Of a stretch of DNA of 64,000 nt, positions 21,534-33,971 are shown in pieces. The stretch is from the NCBI GenBank assembly GCA_964234715.1, contig OZ174278.1; one strand, written 5' to 3'. This stretch comes from Podarcis melisellensis (Eukaryota). Both the position numbers and the translations under genes were made by a program. Under the pieces are notes generated by a model. That model was not told where the DNA came from, ran no database searches, and was given only the letters and a program-made list of their open reading frames with translations. The first letter of the stretch is position 1. Each line of letters opens with the position of its first letter.

Positions 21534-22481
21534 TCCATGGTTGCACATTGGGTAATTAAATAATATTTCAACCAACTCATAAATGAGTATTTAAATCAGG
21601 CTCCTAAGTAATTACAGTACATGGAATAAGAGAAGGGGTTTATTTAACTGTTAGCAAAGGATGCAGTGTAAATGTCACCATTGATCATTTTGTATGGGCA
21701 AATTAAGGTATTTTGGTGAAGTGCTCTTATAGAAAATACAGAGATGTCCCAAGACACTTGAAATTATGTCTTGGCTTCAGTACTTGCTGACTATATTGGC
21801 CCATTTCATGGTTGCTTCAAATGAGTATTAAAAACAACAACAAACCAATGTAAGGTCGATTTACCATCGTTAGACATTCTTTTCCAAAATATAAATGAAG
21901 TTTTGGCAAATAATATTTATACAGAAAAATAGGTTTAGATCTTTCCAGATTCAATGTATTCTACAAAACTACTCTAAAATAAATAAAAAATTATGTTCTT
22001 ATATACGGTACTTTTTTTTTTAAAACGCTAGTTCTTTCTTTACTATGAGTACAGATTAAAAGCAGGAGGCACCGAGACTAAACAAAGTGCAGTTGAGAAT
22101 GGGCAGAAGGAAACCAGGCTTGGGTATCATGTCACATTACATCTCAGCTTAAAACAAGCTGTGGTTTAATGTGCGATAGTGGGCGCTCCTCTTCCACTCC
22201 TACCACATTGTGGATCAAACAATGAGTCGGCCTTGTTGTGTTGTCTGAACCTGGGCTCATTGTCATTGCTCTCCAAACCAGCCAAGATCTGTTTTTAGCT
22301 TAACACTAGTGGTGTGTTGGGGGAGAAATGAACCACAAACCTGGGTTTGAATGACAAGACAAGGCAGATTCTGGCCTATTTTGTCCACAGGGTGGCAGCA
22401 GTGGAAAAGCAGCACTGAAAACCTTCTTAGCAGCATGTGCTTGCAAACACACCATAATTTGCTTTAAACTATGGTTTAATG

Positions 22482-22729
22482 CATGGGTAGGCAAACTAAG
22501 GCCTGGGGGCCAGATCCGGCCCAATCGCCTTCTAAATCCAGCTCGTAGATGGTTCAGGAATCGGCGTGTTTTTACATGAGTAGAATGTGTTCTTTTATTT
22601 AAAATGCATCTCTGGGTTATTTGTGGGCATAGGAATTCATTCACATACACACCCCAATATAGTCTGGCCCCCCACAAGGTCTGAGGGACAGTGGACCAGC
22701 CTCCTGCTGAAAAAGTTTGCTGACTCCTG
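22482..22729 (+). mobile_element. hAT/Charlie-like MITE
   Basis: CATGGGTAGGCAAAC...GTTTGCTGACTCCTG; perfect 8-bp TSD GTTTAATG. Confidence 0.9.
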
Positions 22730-23264
22730 GTTTAATGTGATGTACTGACTGGACCAGTGATTTTGCTGTCCTAGAGACAGGTATATCTGAATGAATTTGC
22801 GTGACTTCTGCTCTCCTAGGTAGCCCTTGCTGAAAAGGACAGGGTTAGACCTCATTTGCAGGTGAAAATGAGAAGTTCTTGTTGCTAGTTCTGCTGATGG
22901 GACGCATTCTGGTAGAAATGGGAAACAGGATTAGGCTTGTGTTGAGGGCTGAAGGTGGAAGCCAAAACAGTAAAATGAGGCAAGTAACAAACAGTGGGAC
23001 AAAGTCCTTTGCTTAGATGCCAAATGGCTGAAAGCAAGCATTAAAATGCATATCGCTTTAAGGGTTAGAACATCAGGATGAGGCTGGAATGAACACTATA
23101 TGAAGACCAGCTGGGTGGCTGGAGCAGAGATAAAGGAGGAATCGGTTCTGGAGTGCAGGGCCGGCCCAAGACTTTTTGGCAGCTGAGGCCAGCCACAAAA
23201 CGGCGCCCTGCCCGCCCATCAGGGAAGAAGGGCTGTGTGAAGTTCTACATTGGGAGCAAGGAGA

Positions 23265-23396
23265 GGAATAGCTCGGGAGAGCATGAGACTCTTAATCACG
23301 GTTGTGTGTTTGAGCCCCACGATGGGCAAAAGATTCCTGAATTGCTCGGGGTTGGACTAGATGACCCTTGTGGTCCTTCCAACTCTACAATTCTAC
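23265..23396 (+). mobile_element. tRNA-Lys-like SINE with CR1-type 3' tail
   Basis: TAGCTC...GAGCATGAGACTCTTAATC...GTTTGAGCCCCACG head followed by GGGTTGGACTAGATGACC...CCTTCCAACTCTACAATTCTA. Confidence 0.7.
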
Positions 23397-26388
23397 ATCG
23401 GGAGTAAGGGGTGAGGGAGTGAATATCTATATTGGGAATGGGGGGCGGGGAAGGGGCATGCGTGGAATCACATGGGGTTGGTTCAGAGCCCAAAACACCC
23501 CCTGCCATTTCATCCCTAGGGATGGGAGACTAGCAGAGCCTTCTACTCGATGAGATGACTTCTACAGTGGCACTGGAGGCGGGAGCTGCTCAGGAGGGGT
23601 AGATCCTGCCTCCAAAGCATATGTAGCAGCAGAGGCTGGCAACAAATTCCGTGGAGGCTGGATCTTGCCTCGCCTCGCCTCGGGGCTGGGACAGCCCTGG
23701 CTGGCACAATATGTAAGGAGCAGGATTTTTAAAAGTTGCAAGCGAGAACGTGCCAGGGGCGAATGGATTAATATATGTTGTTAATAATAAAATTGTAAAT
23801 TACTTCAGAGCCAGAGGCTGTTGAAGCAGTGTAGACCAAAGCAAAATGGGGTGATGCAACAGACTCGGGGAAACAATGCAGGTTGGGAGCTTAGTCAGGG
23901 CTCCTGGAGGGCATTGGGAGAATGGTTTGTGTGGGTCTCCTCCTAGCTGCCGCTGGTTTCTCTGCCTGTGCAACCTCTGTGACTCATGCTCTTAAAACTG
24001 TGATTCTCAAACCACTTAGTCCAGCCTAGCCCCATTGAGACAACACAGCTATTTTGGAGCCAGTGGATTGTGGTTTGACATAAATATTTTTCGAAATGTA
24101 GAAACAGAACAAACTTATATGTCAATACAGTGGAACTCTCTTTTTAAAAAAATAGGATCTCTCTTTTTCTCTTGGTTCAGGAGGAAATAAAGATAATGAC
24201 GTTTGATCATTAATGAATAGAACATAACATTGCAGTGATTCTAAGAAAATAATTGTTTAAACATAATGTCCGATAAAACATTCTTTCTACAGTTTAAATA
24301 TTTAAACAACATACATAAATTGCCATTTAGTATTGTCCAATAAACTATCAAATGTTTAAATGCAACTTTTTTAAAAAAAAGAACCCAAACTACAGATGTA
24401 GGTAAACGGCCATATTCTCAACCTAGGTTAAACATCTGAGAAAATTTACAAGTAAAGATAAAAGAAATACATATTCCTCACAAATTAAAACTAATGCAAG
24501 ATTACAAACACTATGTTTACCATCAGATTTTGGGTTCTTTGTCTCCCCCCCCCCCTTCTTTTAGGTGATCGAAGCTATTGTTTGAATATAAACAGATATT
24601 AGACATTTGAAAAGCAAGATTAACACTGAAAAATAATTTCATTAACAAAAAAATCAATTAGTGCTTCTGGTCTTTCTGAGTAGGCAGTGCCGCCAGAGCT
24701 AAGTAGCTTGGAATCAATCTGAAAAGTCTAAGTTAAAATACTGCAATCATTTATAATGTTCACATGGAAAAAAACAGATGTTTCAAACAATTATATATAT
24801 TTCCATAGAACAGCTCCTTTTTTGTTTTATAAACAATAATTTAAAAACTATGTACTTGTCTGATATATGTGCAACATATAAAATGTGAAATGTGACATAT
24901 TTGGTACAACAGTGTAGGAAACAAATCTTAAAAACAAACCTCCTACATTAATCAAATGTATATAATTACCTTGTAAATCAACACAGTTTTTAAAAAAGTA
25001 AACATTAAAATCTGTTTTGTCCATATATATGTATGTGTATATATAATATGTATATAGCTGTATTAAAGATATCTTCATAGTTCTGTGACATAAAATAAGC
25101 TTTTAAAGAAAAAAAGGTTAAAAGAACTAGTTTCTTTCTCTGTGCTGTAATCCGGTTACAACTTCTTAAACCTGATTTTAAAAATACGGCAACAGTAACA
25201 ATGGATTAAACTGAAGCACTCTCTACATTTTGTTCAGTATTCTCCTAGTCATCTAGATTAAAGTCACTTATTAGTTTTTTCAATGACTCAGTTTCAATTA
25301 TTCTGTTTTGAGTTAAATTAGAATATCTTGCTATCTTTTCACCTATAGACCCATTTCTTTAATTGGGAAGAAGTTATTTCATAACAAGTTCTTATTTTTG
25401 GTAACCTGATTGCAAATCTGAAAGCTTAATCACTTGGTGTAAATTCAATTATAGACATCAGTGTCACATAGTTTCAAGTCTGATGTGGCAAAATTTAGGC
25501 ACTTTTGCAAAGGCTTTATTTTAAAAAATATCCTCTCTCTTTGTAAAATAACATAGTCAAGACTTTGTTTGGGGTATGGAAACCATACTGTGCAAAGGTT
25601 TAATTTAGTTCTAGAATGCCACGATTCCAGTACAGCTTCTCCGCACCTGCCCAAAATCAGCTCGTGTGCATCTCCGCAATTTGTGCTTTGCCTTGGAGCT
25701 TTTAACGGGTGATGTTCAGGGATGCAGGGTTCTGCTTTTAACATCACCTCCTTTGCCTTGGCATCAACTGCCCTAGTAGAGAAGTGAGCTTTTTAAGAGA
25801 GTACAAAGTGGTCAAAGGGTTAAAAGTTAAGTCTGCAGTTGGTGAAGATTGGCCAAGATCCAAAGGGTGACTGGGGTGGGCACCCGAGGGCTTGCACGTG
25901 CTTTGATCCCCACCGCTTCCTTTGAGCAGGAGAACTCCCTTTGCCGTCTCACCTACCTACAGCTTTGGGAACTCTCCACAATTTCCGAAGCAGTTTGCCC
26001 TGCGAAGTGACCGGGGCCCACGTGGAGCTAGTTAGGTGGTTCTCTGGACCTTGGGCTTAGTGGCCAATGTAAATCATTTATTGCTAACATTGAAAGATTC
26101 ATAAAGTTGTGAACCCTACAATAATATATGAATAGGACTACTTACATTAGCTATAATCATGGCGGTAAGACGATATTTCTAAGAAGTAAACGGTGCTGTA
26201 TAAAACCTTGAAAAGTAAAATGTTACCCTTTTTTTTTTAAGTCTTGAACCATCACAGCTGGCATCAGATAGTTAACTAGATTAGTTTGGAATATACTAAG
26301 CATACCATATTTAATATTCATTTTATGATATAGCAGCACTAGCTCTTTAGTGTTTTTTTGTGATTTGTCCAGACGAACAACTCTTTAC

Positions 26389-26513
26389 TCAGCATGCAGT
26401 TTGTGGCAATTCTATTGAAGAGACAGGGTAGTATGTACAGTAACAATGCTTTGCTGTCCTCATCGAGGCCTCTTGACATTCCATCCCATTCCTGTTGGCT
26501 ATTTCAGGATTAT
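26389..26513 (-). CDS. MBNL2: MBNL2 terminal coding exon, read in two frames
   Basis: cttctaacag|ATAATCCTGAAATAG... Phase-1 entry gives DNPEIANRNGMECQEASMRTAKHCYCTYYPVSSIELPQTAC* (TGA 26389-26391). Phase-0 entry, after the 95-nt exon, gives IILK* (TAG 26499-26501). Both are known MBNL2 C-terminus types. Confidence 0.95.
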
Positions 26514-26742
26514 CTGTTAGAAGAAAAGAAAAAACAGCAACAACATTGTTGGGTGTGCTATTCAAATCTGATGAAGCGACTATTCTCCCCCCACTTTTGC
26601 TTTTATGTTGAATGAAAGCACACAGACGATGCGCCTAATGTTCTTATGGACTAAACTTGCATAGTATGCGAGCCTTTTAAGAATAACGGTGCTCATTTGT
26701 TACAATGGTGTGTGCTCCCAATTATTTCCTGGACATGAAATA

Positions 26743-26983
26743 CAGTTGTACCTTGGATCCCGAATGCCTTGCGAGTCAAATGTTTTGGCTCCCGAACACT
26801 GCTAATCCGGAAATGAGTGTTCCGGTTTGTGAACGTTCTTTGGAACCTGAACATCTGACGCAACTTCCGGTTGGCTGCAGGAGCTTCCTGAAGCGAATCG
26901 GAAGCCGTGCTTTGGTTTCCGAACGTTTTGGAAGTCGAACGGACTTCCAGAATGGATTCCGTTTGACTTCCGAGGTACCACTG
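26743..26983. mobile_element. Tigger-like MITE
   Basis: TA|CAGTTGTACCTTGG...CGAGGTACCACTG|TA; inverted relative to 29227-29469. Confidence 0.9.
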
Positions 26984-27348
26984 TATTAGGAAACTCACCA
27001 CTGTGCCCCCAGCTGTGCCCTGTGCCTTTGCCCTCTGTCTTGACAGATGTTGCTGAGAGCTGGGAACACTCCGGCTGCCATCTCTGAATGGCGCCACCCC
27101 AGCACCACGCTCAGCTGGGGGTCTCCTGTGCCACACCATTATTTCTTCCACAGGCACCTTCCCCTATGCTGTTGCCTTTAGAACCAGAGACTAACCAGGA
27201 AAGGGAGATGTATCCAGGAATATTTGCCCAAGATGTCACCTAGGACGCAGCTATACAGCTGCAAATAAAACGTTGTAAGAGTGTTTTAAGTGCAATATAC
27301 AATGTGACACTAGATGGTGATGGTGAGCCTTATGGAAAATTCAATGTA

Positions 27349-27589
27349 CAGTGGAACCTCGGTTGTCGAATGCAATCTGTTCCAGAAGACCGTTCGGCTT
27401 CCGAAATGTTTGACAACTGAGGCGCAATGGGTGATTATCAAAGTGAATGGAGAAAGTTGAGAAATGCACCTTGGAAGCCGTTCGACTTCCAAGGCGCGTT
27501 CAAAAACGGAAGCATTTGCTTCTGGGTTGACGGCGTTCGGGTTCTGAAACATTCAGCTTCCGAGATGCTCAAAAACCAGGGTTCCACTG
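27349..27589. mobile_element. Tigger-like MITE
   Basis: TA|CAGTGGAACCTCGGTT...AACCAGGGTTCCACTG|TA. Confidence 0.9.
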
Positions 27590-28470
27590 TATTTTTTTTT
27601 AAAAGCTAACCCCCCCCCCAACCATTTTCAGAACTTTTTTTAAATGTGTGTGTGGATTCTACCCTAGCCTGCTTAGTAGTAGTAAGAAACGAGAAAACCA
27701 CAAATACTGAAAAGTAGTCTCTAATTAGGGAATGTACTTCATGCTTGTGAACAGACGCTCTCAGGCTGAATAAAAGGGAAAACGCCTCCAGGTAATTGGG
27801 CAAGGAAGAATTGGTGGCTTTTTTCTTTCAGGGTCACAAATTATTAATTTAAGCACCGTAAGGCTAATGAAATGGGCTAGTAATTTTTGTGGACTTATTT
27901 ACAAGGCTGATTTATTATTAAAACTCAACTGCTTGAAGCCGGAGCTGCTTGCCTGGTGGGGTGGAGCTGCAGCAATAGCCTTCAGGCAACAGTGTTGCTA
28001 CCATTCAGCAATCCCTAATGGGCATCTCAGCAGGAACGCTGCATTGGCTCTGCCAGTGCACCCACGCAGCTGCCCTTCTTGGAAATTAGAAAAGATGCCG
28101 CTGCCAGGAGACTCTTGCCGCAGCTCTGACCTACCAAGTGAGCTACTTGAAAATAAATTTCTCTTGGTAGATCCTTGAGGCCTCAACTCCCAAATTCTAG
28201 CACAGCCTCCCACTGGTGCAGAAGTTACATTCGGGGCCTCCGCATGTGTCAGTGAAATGCACGTTGAGTGGGGAACACCCTGAAGAGTCCTAGCGGCTTG
28301 CAAGGAGACACTACCTGGAACCTGAAGAGGATATCCTCTTTGAGCTCCGGGGAGGGCCTCCTTGCAGGCCCGAGGGGGAGCGGGGCTTTGTTGAGGCTGC
28401 TCAGCCACCCTGCCTAGCAGCTGACATGTGGGGTAGCGCAGCAGCCGCTTCCCCGCACATCAGATGAGCA

Positions 28471-28617
28471 CAGTGGCGTAGCGTGGGTTGTCAGCACCCG
28501 GGGCAAGGCAAGTAATTTGCGCCCCCTAACCCATGGATTTGCGCCCCCTAACCCTAACCCCCAGATGTTGTGCCCGGTGCGGCCGGCCCCCCCTGCACCC
28601 CCCATGCTATGCCACTG
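28471..28617. mobile_element. hAT MITE, 147 bp
   Basis: TIR CAGTGGCGTAGC; perfect 8-bp TSD GATGAGCA. Confidence 0.92.
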
Positions 28618-29226
28618 GATGAGCATCTCAACAAAGTCCCACTGACCCTCCAGCTCACGAGCAGACCCTCCCAGGGGACCAAAGAGGACGTCTTCTCTCT
28701 GGGGAGGGTTTTCATGTGAACCAAGAGGATTCTCCAGGGTGCTCCCCACGTCCCGGCACCAGATGTGTGCATGGTCATGTGCAAGTGGGGAGTTGGCCGT
28801 ACAGAGTTTTCCAGTTAAAGTAGAAGATGTAAAATTTATATGCATGTGCACACCATAATTTAGCATGAGATGAACAAGTTGCAGTGAGCTTCGCTTCTGC
28901 TTCCGCTTTTGATTAACCACAGCTTGCCGTGTAGTTTGGACCTAAAATTATAGTAAGCATTAACTATGGTTTGTTTGAACAAGCCAGCGTCAGTTGACTA
29001 TGGTTTGAAGGTAAATATTATCATAGTTAATATTAAACCACTTTGTCAGTCAGAATGACACAATTAGGATTAAGGAAAAGTGACAACTGCCAAATTACTT
29101 CTCCCTGATTCAACAGCATCTGGGGACCCAATGTTGAAGAAAACTGCTATGGGAAATTAAACCACTATGAAGATCTAACTGGGGACACTTTAGGATGTTC
29201 CTGGTTGATTTTTAAAGTTCAATGTA

Positions 29227-29469
29227 CAGTCGTAGCTTGGAAGTCGAACGGAATCCGTTCCGGATGTCCATTCGACTGCCAAAACGTCCGAAAACCAAAG
29301 TGTGGCTTCTGATTGGCTGCAGGAAGCTCCTGCAGCCAATCGGAAGCCCCATCGGACGTTCAGCTTCCAAAAGAACGTTCGAAAACCGGAACACTTGCTT
29401 CCAGGGTTTGATCGTTCAGGAGCCAAAACGTTTAGAGTACTAGGCTGTTAAAAAACCAAGGTATGACTG
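29227..29469. mobile_element. Tigger-like MITE
   Basis: TA|CAGTCGTAGCTTGG...CCAAGGTATGACTG|TA. Confidence 0.9.
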
Positions 29470-30957
29470 TATAAGGTTTGAATCCTATATCATCACCTGA
29501 GGACCATGAACACCAGCATGGAGCCTACAGTTCCAAAATATGCAGCTGCTACATTTTTCTACATAACTTTCAGAACATATTTCTGATAAAAGGTGGCATA
29601 TTTATCAGAATAGTGGGTGTACTTCATGTTCTCAGGGCAAATGGATATATTCTGTATGATATACATGAACTATTAACTACAGTGAAATATTACCTCTGCC
29701 CTACAGTCTAAAACTAAAATGCTAAAATACATTACTAAAAACTAGTACAAAAAGCTAAAATACTTTAGCCATTAGGAGGCTTATTTCAGCCACATAAAGA
29801 ATCAACTCCTTTATCAATAAATAGTTGCTGGAGCCAGATATGAGAATATAAAAGACTAGTGAGAGACCAAGCTTAAACCACAGGATGGACGATTCATAAA
29901 ATAAGCTAATAATAATTTCAAGTTATTTTATCCAGCTTCCTGCAGATAGCTCTACAGAGTTTCATTTATTTATGGGAAACATATTTTTCAATCACAACAC
30001 TATTCTAATAATATTAGAGTGAGAGTACAAGAATCTGAGGCCTTACACTAATCCACAGATGTTCCCTGCCATAGTTTCCTCCTTGCTGTAGCTGCTTCTA
30101 TCATTTATTTATTCAAATATTATTTATTTTTAATTCTGTTTTTAAGACCAAGAAACCGGCTTCCAGAGCAGCTCACAAATCACTAAAAATTGACAGTCCC
30201 TGTCAGCAGCCTTACAATCTAAACAGACATGACGCAAAGGGGAAATGGATTGGGGGGAGGAAAAAATGAACTTGAGTTCAAGTTCATGGTTAAAAGTTGC
30301 TCTAATGACTAGCTGGGAATGGAGCAGGGCAGGAAATGGGGCAACCCCCCCCCACAACTCTTCCTTTCCTCTGCTGCAACTAGGGGGGCAATTTAATCAC
30401 AGGAAAAGCTGCTATGAAGCCAGATCCAAACCCCATTCAGCAGTGGGGCTGCTGCTGGAAGAGGGAAAACAGGCCTTAAAAATAATCTTCTCTGCTGAGT
30501 TGCCCAGTCCTGTGGCCAAGAGGAACAGGCCAAGTGCCATGCCCCTGGAACACCCATTTTGGGGAATTTGTAGCAGCCTTGGCTCAGCCCTGAAAGAGCC
30601 AGGATGACCACATTACACTGGCTGAGCTGGGCTTGGGGACTTAGCTCTGACTGCGTGGGGCGTCAACCAGCCAAGCCAGAGATCCACTGCATCCTAAGCT
30701 GCTCACCCCAGCAGATCTTGCCATGGGATTGCATCCTTCCACTGCTGTTATGTTATTTATGCCCCATACCTTTATTTATAACAAATACCTTTGGGGTTTG
30801 GCCGTGGTACAAGAAGGGTGAGGTGCCGCTGTACTCTTCTGAATACTGCAGCACAAGCAGCTCACAACTGAATGCAAGAAAAATGACGACCTGCTAATCT
30901 CATTTAAATCAATATTGTGAGATAATGTGGCATTAGTGACAAAGCTGAAAGGAATGT

Positions 30958-31316
30958 GCAAAGATGTTTTATGAGTAACAAGTAAAGAAACACAGTTAAA
31001 TTAATCAAATGATGGGGGATTAGAAGATAAGCGGACAGCAGTGGGAATGGTTAATTTAAAAGAAATTAAGAAATATTAAAAGTAGTCAAAATGGAGGAAG
31101 AATTTGCTGAAACTAAACTGGAAATTTGAATACAGAAAAGGGAGATGTGAGGAAGTCAGGAAAGTAAGCTATGTGAAATTAAGAGTTGAACTTATATATT
31201 TTTGTTTGGTTTTTGTGTTTTTTATCGTTTATTGTTTGTTGTTGTGTTGTTTTGTCTTGTTTGTTATTATAAAATCTGTTGAAACCTTAATATTTTTTTT
31301 TAAATAAATAAATAAA
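30958..31316 (+). mobile_element. Probable L1-type LINE 3' UTR fragment
   Basis: Purine-rich block, then T/G-rich block, then (TAAA)n tail; family assignment by recall only. Confidence 0.45.
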
Positions 31317-33032
31317 TCAAAGGGCCAAAATAAAAAAAAATTGGTGCATTCGGGGTCATTCCAGGACAGAGATACTCTTTCCAAAGCTGTATCTGCCCCA
31401 GTGAGATCTATTTTGGGACTGCACACCATATTCTCTAATTCTTGGTCTACTTGAACGAACGAGACTCTCCAAATACATATATTTGCGTATTTTTTAAATA
31501 TGATCAATGAAAAACTGGCATGTCCTTTGGGAATGACAATCTAGGCACCTCTTTCACAATCAACAGTTCACCTCGACCTGAGGTTACCTGCCCAAGGATC
31601 AAAGTGCATTACCTTAAGGGTTCATTTGCAAGAGATTTTGAAATTTCAAACAGTGTCACAACCTACTTTTCAGTGCCAGAGAATTTTTGCCTCTGGGAGA
31701 AGTACCTGAATGCTATACCACAGTACAGGCATGCAAAACCCTTTTGGCTGCACAGGCCAGATCCTTAACAGGCCAAATTTGAAAGGGTTGAAATCCTGCT
31801 CGGGAAGGGGTTTGCATCGGAACCGCAGCTAAAAGGAAGGGGAAAACCCAAATTTATAGCAAGGGGTTTCGTCCGGCTTAGCACTGGGTTTGGCCTCCCA
31901 GCCTGCAAGCACAGGCAGGCATCGAAACAAGTCGGTCAGATCACTCAGGCTGTGCTTCTATTTTACTAGAACCTCAAGTCCCGCCAGTCAGAATTAGGTG
32001 CAACACAGCGACTTGTCCCTGTGCATGTGAAACACACAGGGTGGCAGTCAATGCTAGTCCCACTCACAGCTGACTCACTGAATTTAAGGGGCATGGCTAG
32101 CATAGCTTTATTAATTGCAGTGGGTTTACTCTCAGTTGGACTTTGTTGAATACAACCCATACACGTTCCCTTGAGGCAAAGGGTGTCCCTGAACATGTGT
32201 TTAGCCAAGAAATTTGTTTTCAGGACTGGAACTGGGCTCATAGTCATAGTTCTCGTGGTTCCCCCTACATTTTATTCATTTCAGCAGCGTACCTAAGGAA
32301 AGAAATAAAGTGCACGTCTGTTGCTATAGTTAAACAAGCAGAACACTTTCTTGATCTACTGCAAATCTTGCAAAGATCTACCACTAGAGATCCTGATCTA
32401 TAAAGAATGTGTCTGTTCCCCCTGCTGCTACAGTGTGTGGGTTTCCATGATTAAAAAAACACACAACTGAAATATGGTGGCTGGCCGCGACTGGCGCAGT
32501 GGTCGCCTCAATCAGCTGAATACAATGAACAAGGCAGCTGGCTCTACTAATTTAAATCGACCGGAGGAACAAGATGGTATAACTTAAATCAACTTAAGAA
32601 AAGGTATAGTTTGAAATGGTAGCAAATTCTGGTTTGGAAGCATATGCTGATTTATTCATCTGGCTATTATTTTTGATTGAATAAATAGAAAATAGAAGTG
32701 ACATCTCCCCATTATCATACCGCATAGCCAACTTCAATTTCTGTTTGCAAATGTCGATCTCACGATAAGGAAGCTGGCAGGTCCATTGCTCTGGCTCTCC
32801 CAATGCGCTTTAGATTCCACCTCTCGTCCAACTGTTTCCATCCCAAAAAGTTCTTATAAGAACTCTGAGACTTTAAGAGTAGGTTCCTGAGTATGCTTGG
32901 GTCCCCTTTCCCCCTCAGTTTCTTCTTCCATTGGTGCCATGCCTCTTAGATTAAGGCACAGACTGTCCTCCTTTTATTATTAACCTGTAAGCTGCTCTGG
33001 GAACATTTTTGGCAGAATAGCAGGGCAAAATA

Positions 33033-33386
33033 GGTAAAGTTAAAGGGACACCTGACCATTAGGTCCAGTTGTGACTGACTCTGGGGTTGCAGCGCTCATC
33101 TTGCTTTGTTGGCCGAGGGAGCCGGCGTACAGCTTCCAGGTCATGTGGCCAGCATGACTAAGCTGCTTCTGGCGAACCAGAGCAGCACACGGAAACACTG
33201 TTTACCTTCCTGCCGGAGCAGTACCTATTTATCTACTTGCACTATGATGTGCTTTTGAACTGCTAGGTTAGCAGGAGCAGGGACTGAGCAACGGAGCTCA
33301 CCCCATCGCGGGGATTCGAACTGCCGGCCTTCTGATCGGCAAGTCCTAAGCTCTGTGCTTTAACCCACAGCGCCACCTGCCATCCC
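33033..33386 (-). mobile_element. Sauria SINE, full length
   Basis: Homologous to 1320-1688; TSD TAG(C/A)AGGGCAAAATA at 33018-33032 and 33387-33401. Confidence 0.92.
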
Positions 33387-33554
33387 TAGAAGGGCAAAAT
33401 ACATTGCATTAAAAAGTAATAAATATGTATTTATGTATTTACTGGAGTTCTCAAGCCTGGCAACCCAATTTCCTTCTCACTTTCATAATTAGCACAAAAG
33501 GAGTGGGAATAGAGAACATAACTCATAACAGTACTCTCATTCCTTATCCCAAGC

Positions 33555-33971
33555 AACTGATATTCAGAGCCAATACTGAAGGTAGGGCGTAGTCATAATG
33601 ACTAGAAGCCATTGATAGCCTTATCTTCTATGAATCTGTCCAATTCCCTTTTAAGGTGGACAAAGTTGGTGTCCCTCACTGCCTCTTGTTAGAACAAATC
33701 CCATAGTTCCAGCTATGCGCTGTATGCCTTTTATCTGTCCCGAATCCTCCGACATTCAGCTTCAGCGACTGACCCCAGTTCAAGTCCTATGAAAGAGAAA
33801 GTCCATCCACTTTCTCCACCCCACGAATAATTTCATATGCCTCTATGACGTTTCCACTCACATGCCTTTCCCCTAAACCGAAAAGCCCCAAATGCTATAA
33901 GCTTTCCTTATAGGGCAGCTGCTCCAGCCCATTGACCCCATTGCTTGCCCCTTTCTGAACTTTCCCCAGCT
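33555..33971 (-). mobile_element. Old CR1 fragment
   Basis: Degenerate CR1 3' ORF2/UTR sequence (AGCCATTGATAGCCTTATC...CCCTTTCTGAACTTT). Confidence 0.65.

Larger units (their letters stand above)
21510..26388 (-). other. MBNL2: Probable MBNL2 3' UTR (distal end inferred)
   Basis: Repeat-free, largely AT-rich sequence follows the stop (about 24060-26388). A second such block (21510-22060) ends in AATAAA plus a downstream GU/U-rich tract. The middle section is TE-derived. Confidence 0.6.

Noticed and set aside
23265-23335. tRNA-Lys-like sequence
   Set aside because: Degenerate and fused to a CR1-type tail, so a SINE head rather than a tRNA gene.
32472-32530. Perfect Pol III A box TGGCGCAGTGG suggesting a tRNA gene
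   Set aside because: No B box at a suitable distance and no cloverleaf.
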